A stretch of 36,455 nucleotides of DNA from a virus (lineage: Duplodnaviria; Caudoviricetes), in the IMG/VR virus record IMGVR_UViG_3300027975_000009, positions 1 through 36,455 of that record. The stretch is one strand, 5' to 3'. The notes under the pieces are model-generated. The model worked only from the letters and a program-made list of their open reading frames with translations, was not told the DNA's origin and did not search any database. How positions within the stretch are numbered: position 1 is the stretch's first letter; each line of letters opens with the position of its first letter. Shown here piece by piece: positions 32,915-36,455 of the stretch. Made by a program: the position numbers and the translations under genes.

Positions 32915-34821
32915 TGGCACTTTCTACTGAGGACATTGACAAGATTGTTCGGAGGTTCGCATACCAGTACAAGGGATGGGAGACCGCTTCGAAGAGCTCA
33001 CCCATAAACCCAGTCACTAAGGAGCGCACTGGTGTAACTCAATATCCTGAGTATTGGCCGGGGTATAACTATGCCGCTAAGATGTATGACAGCATCTTGC
33101 CGCATACCCGGCCTGACATTTACCCAGCTCACTTGCTGAGTGTGCGTGCACCTAATCAAACCGATTTGCAGGCTGAGTACATCAGAGCCAACTACAAGCC
33201 CACAACACTCAGCGTGTTTGAGGACTTCAAGGCTACGATAAGCCGTGCCTTTGCAGATCAGAATTGGTCCATCCGATACACGCCAGAACTTGAGCCAATC
33301 TTCGGGGATGATACGTTTCAGCGTTATGTGAATAACGAGATTGAAAAGTTCGGATCACTGGAGTCATTCGTCAAGACCATGCTTCCAACATTGAAGCTGA
33401 TTGACCCCAATGGCATCATTGCTATCTCACCGGAAGAGGTTGAGACCATCGAGAATGAAGAGGGAGAAGAGGTGATAAGCAACGATCTTATCAAGCCGAT
33501 GCCGGAATACTATTCCTGCAAGAGCATCGTGGGGCAGAAGTTCGGAGAGTATTTCATGGTGATATCCGATGACAAGAGTGAAGTGAAGGCAGGCAGCAAG
33601 ATGGAGCATTCAGGCCTTGTGCTTGAGATATATGACACCGATGCAATTTGGAAGGTATATCAGTACGGCAAGAAGTCCGACATGACATTCTCAGAGCCTG
33701 TGCTGTATTATCAGCACAACCTTGGATATGTGCCTGCGCAAAAGCTTCAGGGCACTCCACAGCTCATCAATGGAGAGATTGCATTCCAGTCACCATTCAT
33801 CACGGCTGTGCCCTTGTTGGACCAAGTGATTCTCGATGAGTCATACTTGCAAATCAGCAAAGCCACAAGTGCCTTCCCTTTCATGGTTGCACTTGGAGAG
33901 ATTTGCGAGTTCATTGACCGCGAAGGAAACAAATGCCAGGACGGCCAAATCTTTGATCCAATCAATGGCGGTTACAGGACTTGCGGTTCATGTAACGGGT
34001 CCGGAGTGAAGTCAAGATTTTCGCCTACTGGCATGCTATTAATCAAGCCAAAGACTGCATTGAGCGAAGGCGACAGTGCTTTATCTGGTGAGTACCTAAA
34101 GTTCGTGAGCCCTCCAATGGACACATTGAACTTCCTGCGTACAGAGATTGAGCAGCAGATGGCCAAGGCAAGAAGGATATTGCACTTGCCATCGAGTGAC
34201 GAAAGCGGAACCATTGGCGAAGCATCGACTGCAACGGGCTCATTGAATAAGCTGCGTGCGCTGTATGCCTTCATCAAGCCTATCTCAGACCAGCTGTTCA
34301 ACCTATACGAATTCTGCTTGGTGACAATGGGGCAAATGCGATACGGCGAATTCTTTGGCGGTATCAACTTGGTGTATCCAACATCATTCGACATCAGCAC
34401 TCCGAGCGACTACCTTGCTGTTATCAGCGAAGGCGTGAAGGCTGGTGTGCCTCCATCGATTACATTCAGTAATGTCTACAACTACATCCGAGCAATTCAC
34501 TACACCGATGAGGAGACCTCAGCGATTTACGACCTGATCATCAATGCGGATGAGTTGCTGCTTATGAGCAGTGCAGACATCGCGTTGCGTGTTGCAAATG
34601 GCACGGTTGAAAAGTACCAAGATGTGATTCACCACAGCGCACCTCAGCTGATCATGGAGCTCATTCGGAACTACATCCCGACTGAAGATGCACCTCGTTT
34701 CATTGACTTACCAATGAGCGAACAGATTGCAGCATTGAATCGCTTGGCATCGGATAAGATAGGCACGCAACTGGATCCAATCCAACAGGCGCAACAGGAG
34801 CTACTGAATGGCATCATTTGA
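32914..34821 (+). CDS. Portal protein
   Basis: 635 aa, mixed alpha/beta, YQHNLGYVP motif, followed by a gpF-like gene. Confidence 0.8.
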   Translation: MALSTEDIDKIVRRFAYQYKGWETASKSSPINPVTKERTGVTQYPEYWPGYNYAAKMYDSILPHTRPDIYPAHLLSVRAPNQTDLQAEYIRANYKPTTLSVFEDFKATISRAFADQNWSIRYTPELEPIFGDDTFQRYVNNEIEKFGSLESFVKTMLPTLKLIDPNGIIAISPEEVETIENEEGEEVISNDLIKPMPEYYSCKSIVGQKFGEYFMVISDDKSEVKAGSKMEHSGLVLEIYDTDAIWKVYQYGKKSDMTFSEPVLYYQHNLGYVPAQKLQGTPQLINGEIAFQSPFITAVPLLDQVILDESYLQISKATSAFPFMVALGEICEFIDREGNKCQDGQIFDPINGGYRTCGSCNGSGVKSRFSPTGMLLIKPKTALSEGDSALSGEYLKFVSPPMDTLNFLRTEIEQQMAKARRILHLPSSDESGTIGEASTATGSLNKLRALYAFIKPISDQLFNLYEFCLVTMGQMRYGEFFGGINLVYPTSFDISTPSDYLAVISEGVKAGVPPSITFSNVYNYIRAIHYTDEETSAIYDLIINADELLLMSSADIALRVANGTVEKYQDVIHHSAPQLIMELIRNYIPTEDAPRFIDLPMSEQIAALNRLASDKIGTQLDPIQQAQQELLNGII

Positions 34822-35716
34822 TTCCTTAGTTCGCGATAAGATTGCGCTGTTCGAGTCAGTGCCTGAGAAGCTGGCAACGGCTGCTCAGAAGACTCAAGCT
34901 GAGATATGGCGCAAGATTCGCCCTATCTTGGAAGACATGGATGTCACAGCTGCCGGAAACATCGAGCAGACTGAAGGTAACATAAGGCGCATTGCACTTA
35001 TCAGCGATGAACTCAAGAAGGTGCTGGCAGGCGGTGAATACCGCGAAGCAGTTCGTGCCTTCCTTGGTTCGATTGATGAAGGCGTGCAGTTGACAAATGA
35101 GATTGCACGTACATTCGAGAGTGCATTCGAGCCTACTGAAGTGCAAAAGCAATTGCTACAAATTAGCAAGCAGAATGCAATTAACACCTTTTTTGGTGCT
35201 GGGCTGGATGCAAGATTCACGCAGCCATTCCTTGAGCAGCTGACAACCAACATCGCAGCAAGGTCACCACTACGCGAGACCGTTGCAGCATTAGAGGGAA
35301 TAGTCACCGGCACAGAGGCGAATGATGGCAGGCTGCTCGCCAACATCAAGACCACAGCAACAACTGCTCAGGCTGTTGCAGATAGAAGCTATTCAGCGGC
35401 TGTTAATGATGAACTTGGCATTGAGTGGTTTGAATATCTTGGCGGCGAGATACCTACAACACGGCCGTTCTGCGAGCATCGTGAAGGGGAGATATTCCAC
35501 CGCAAGGAGATTGAAGCATGGGGAGACGGCAAGAATAGTGGTGGCATAAGAGACATACGTGACGGCACTTGGGCTGGGCGCATAGATGGCACAGATAGCA
35601 AGTCAATCTTCACTTTAGTGGGTGGGTGGAATTGCCGACACTATCTGGTGCCAGTGCCCGATCGCAAAGTGCCTGAGACGGTAAAAGCAAGAGCAAGAGC
35701 CGAGGGGTTTATCTAA
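34808..35716 (+). CDS. Minor capsid / head morphogenesis protein (SPP1 gp7 / Mu gpF-like)
   Basis: Follows portal; TRPFC...GGWNCRH motif. Confidence 0.85.
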   Translation: MASFDSLVRDKIALFESVPEKLATAAQKTQAEIWRKIRPILEDMDVTAAGNIEQTEGNIRRIALISDELKKVLAGGEYREAVRAFLGSIDEGVQLTNEIARTFESAFEPTEVQKQLLQISKQNAINTFFGAGLDARFTQPFLEQLTTNIAARSPLRETVAALEGIVTGTEANDGRLLANIKTTATTAQAVADRSYSAAVNDELGIEWFEYLGGEIPTTRPFCEHREGEIFHRKEIEAWGDGKNSGGIRDIRDGTWAGRIDGTDSKSIFTLVGGWNCRHYLVPVPDRKVPETVKARARAEGFI

Positions 35717-35718
35717 GC

Positions 35719-36455
35719 CTACTTGTGCTTAAATATTGACACGGTATTGCGTTCATTCGCTTTGAATTCCGTCACCACTTCAGGACCAGTTGTAAAGTCA
35801 TTAGCGAAGTGAGAATAAACCACATAGTTAAAGCTTGCCATGTCCATCGGTATTGATGCTTTTTGCACATTGAAATATGTTTCATTTGCCATGAGCTGAA
35901 AGAATCTTAGCGCAATAGCATAAGCACCACCAACAACACCACAATTCAACAGAGCCAAGCTTCTTGCATGTTTATACAAGGTCGTGTATTTATGGCTTTT
36001 GCAATGCCGCCATTGGTTTAACTTTAGCCAAGGGCTGGAAAGTGTCTGGCCTTTCTCATAGCCTACATATAGCAAATTCTCATCAACATCAAAAGGATTT
36101 CTAAGGACCTCAACATCGGTAGCATCCACGCACCATACATGGCTTGATCTATTCTTTTGGATGTAGTCCAACTGCATCAACCAGCGAAAGTCATTCGGGC
36201 TGAATTTATGGTCCGGATTTTCTATCTTTACAAATTCGGTCGTGCCTTGATTTTCAAAATCGCAATTGGTCAATATTACCAATCGAATGCCTAAATCTTT
36301 GCAGCTATTCATAAGTGGCAAAAGCGGATCCACTGCATTGGGCAATAAAGTTTTTCTCTGTGGATCAATCGAGTAATTAAAATAACTCGATAGCACATAA
36401 GGCTTTTGCAATTCGATGTCAGATTCTTTATAAGGAATGAAAGCTTTGCAATCTT
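35719..36455 (-). CDS. C-terminal half (second GT-A domain) of the junction-spanning glycosyltransferase
   Basis: Frame is open to the window end; VWCVDATDV, LNCGVVGG and DMASFN motifs. Confidence 0.85.
   Translation of the reverse strand, partial: DCKAFIPYKESDIELQKPYVLSSYFNYSIDPQRKTLLPNAVDPLLPLMNSCKDLGIRLVILTNCDFENQGTTEFVKIENPDHKFSPNDFRWLMQLDYIQKNRSSHVWCVDATDVEVLRNPFDVDENLLYVGYEKGQTLSSPWLKLNQWRHCKSHKYTTLYKHARSLALLNCGVVGGAYAIALRFFQLMANETYFNVQKASIPMDMASFNYVVYSHFANDFTTGPEVVTEFKANERNTVSIFKHK
36323..36455. repeat. Terminal direct repeat, right copy
   Basis: Matches 1-133 with two mismatches. Confidence 0.95.

Noticed and set aside
1-36455. tRNA genes, integrase/repressor module, alternative genetic code
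   Set aside because: No cloverleaf or recombinase motifs recognised by eye, and genes tile the genome densely under the standard bacterial code.

Overview
This window is an apparently complete, circularly permuted genome (~36.3 kb) of a tailed, siphovirus-like phage. The first and last 133 nt repeat with 2 mismatches, and one gene runs across the junction. The host is probably a Bacteroidota bacterium, judged from recurrent TAnnTTTG -7 promoter boxes and A-rich starts without Shine-Dalgarno sequences. Gene order: scaffold/major capsid/connectors/fibres (0.8-8.3 kb), lysis (8.3-10.8 kb), recombination and replication with a repeat-rich putative origin (10.9-18.8 kb), small accessory genes, terminase, tail chaperone/tape measure/tail proteins/tail tube (20.8-30.7 kb), a glycosyltransferase-methyltransferase block, portal and minor head protein. 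I recognised no integrase, DNA polymerase, tRNA or CRISPR array. The most notable signals are: (1) a shared pseudoknotted RNA leader in front of both the capsid and tail-tube genes; (2) a -1 frameshift signal that would add an LLTQDG-type peptide to the capsid, a peptide also found at a tail-protein C-terminus; (3) a PAS-like + HisKA protein without an ATPase domain inside the lysis cassette; (4) an integron-cassette-like gene with an attC-like hairpin; (5) four glycosyltransferase domains plus a methyltransferase among virion genes; (6) a candidate small RNA, several leaderless transcripts and a 53-nt alternating purine-pyrimidine tract. All product calls come from manual motif recognition and synteny; no database searches were run.
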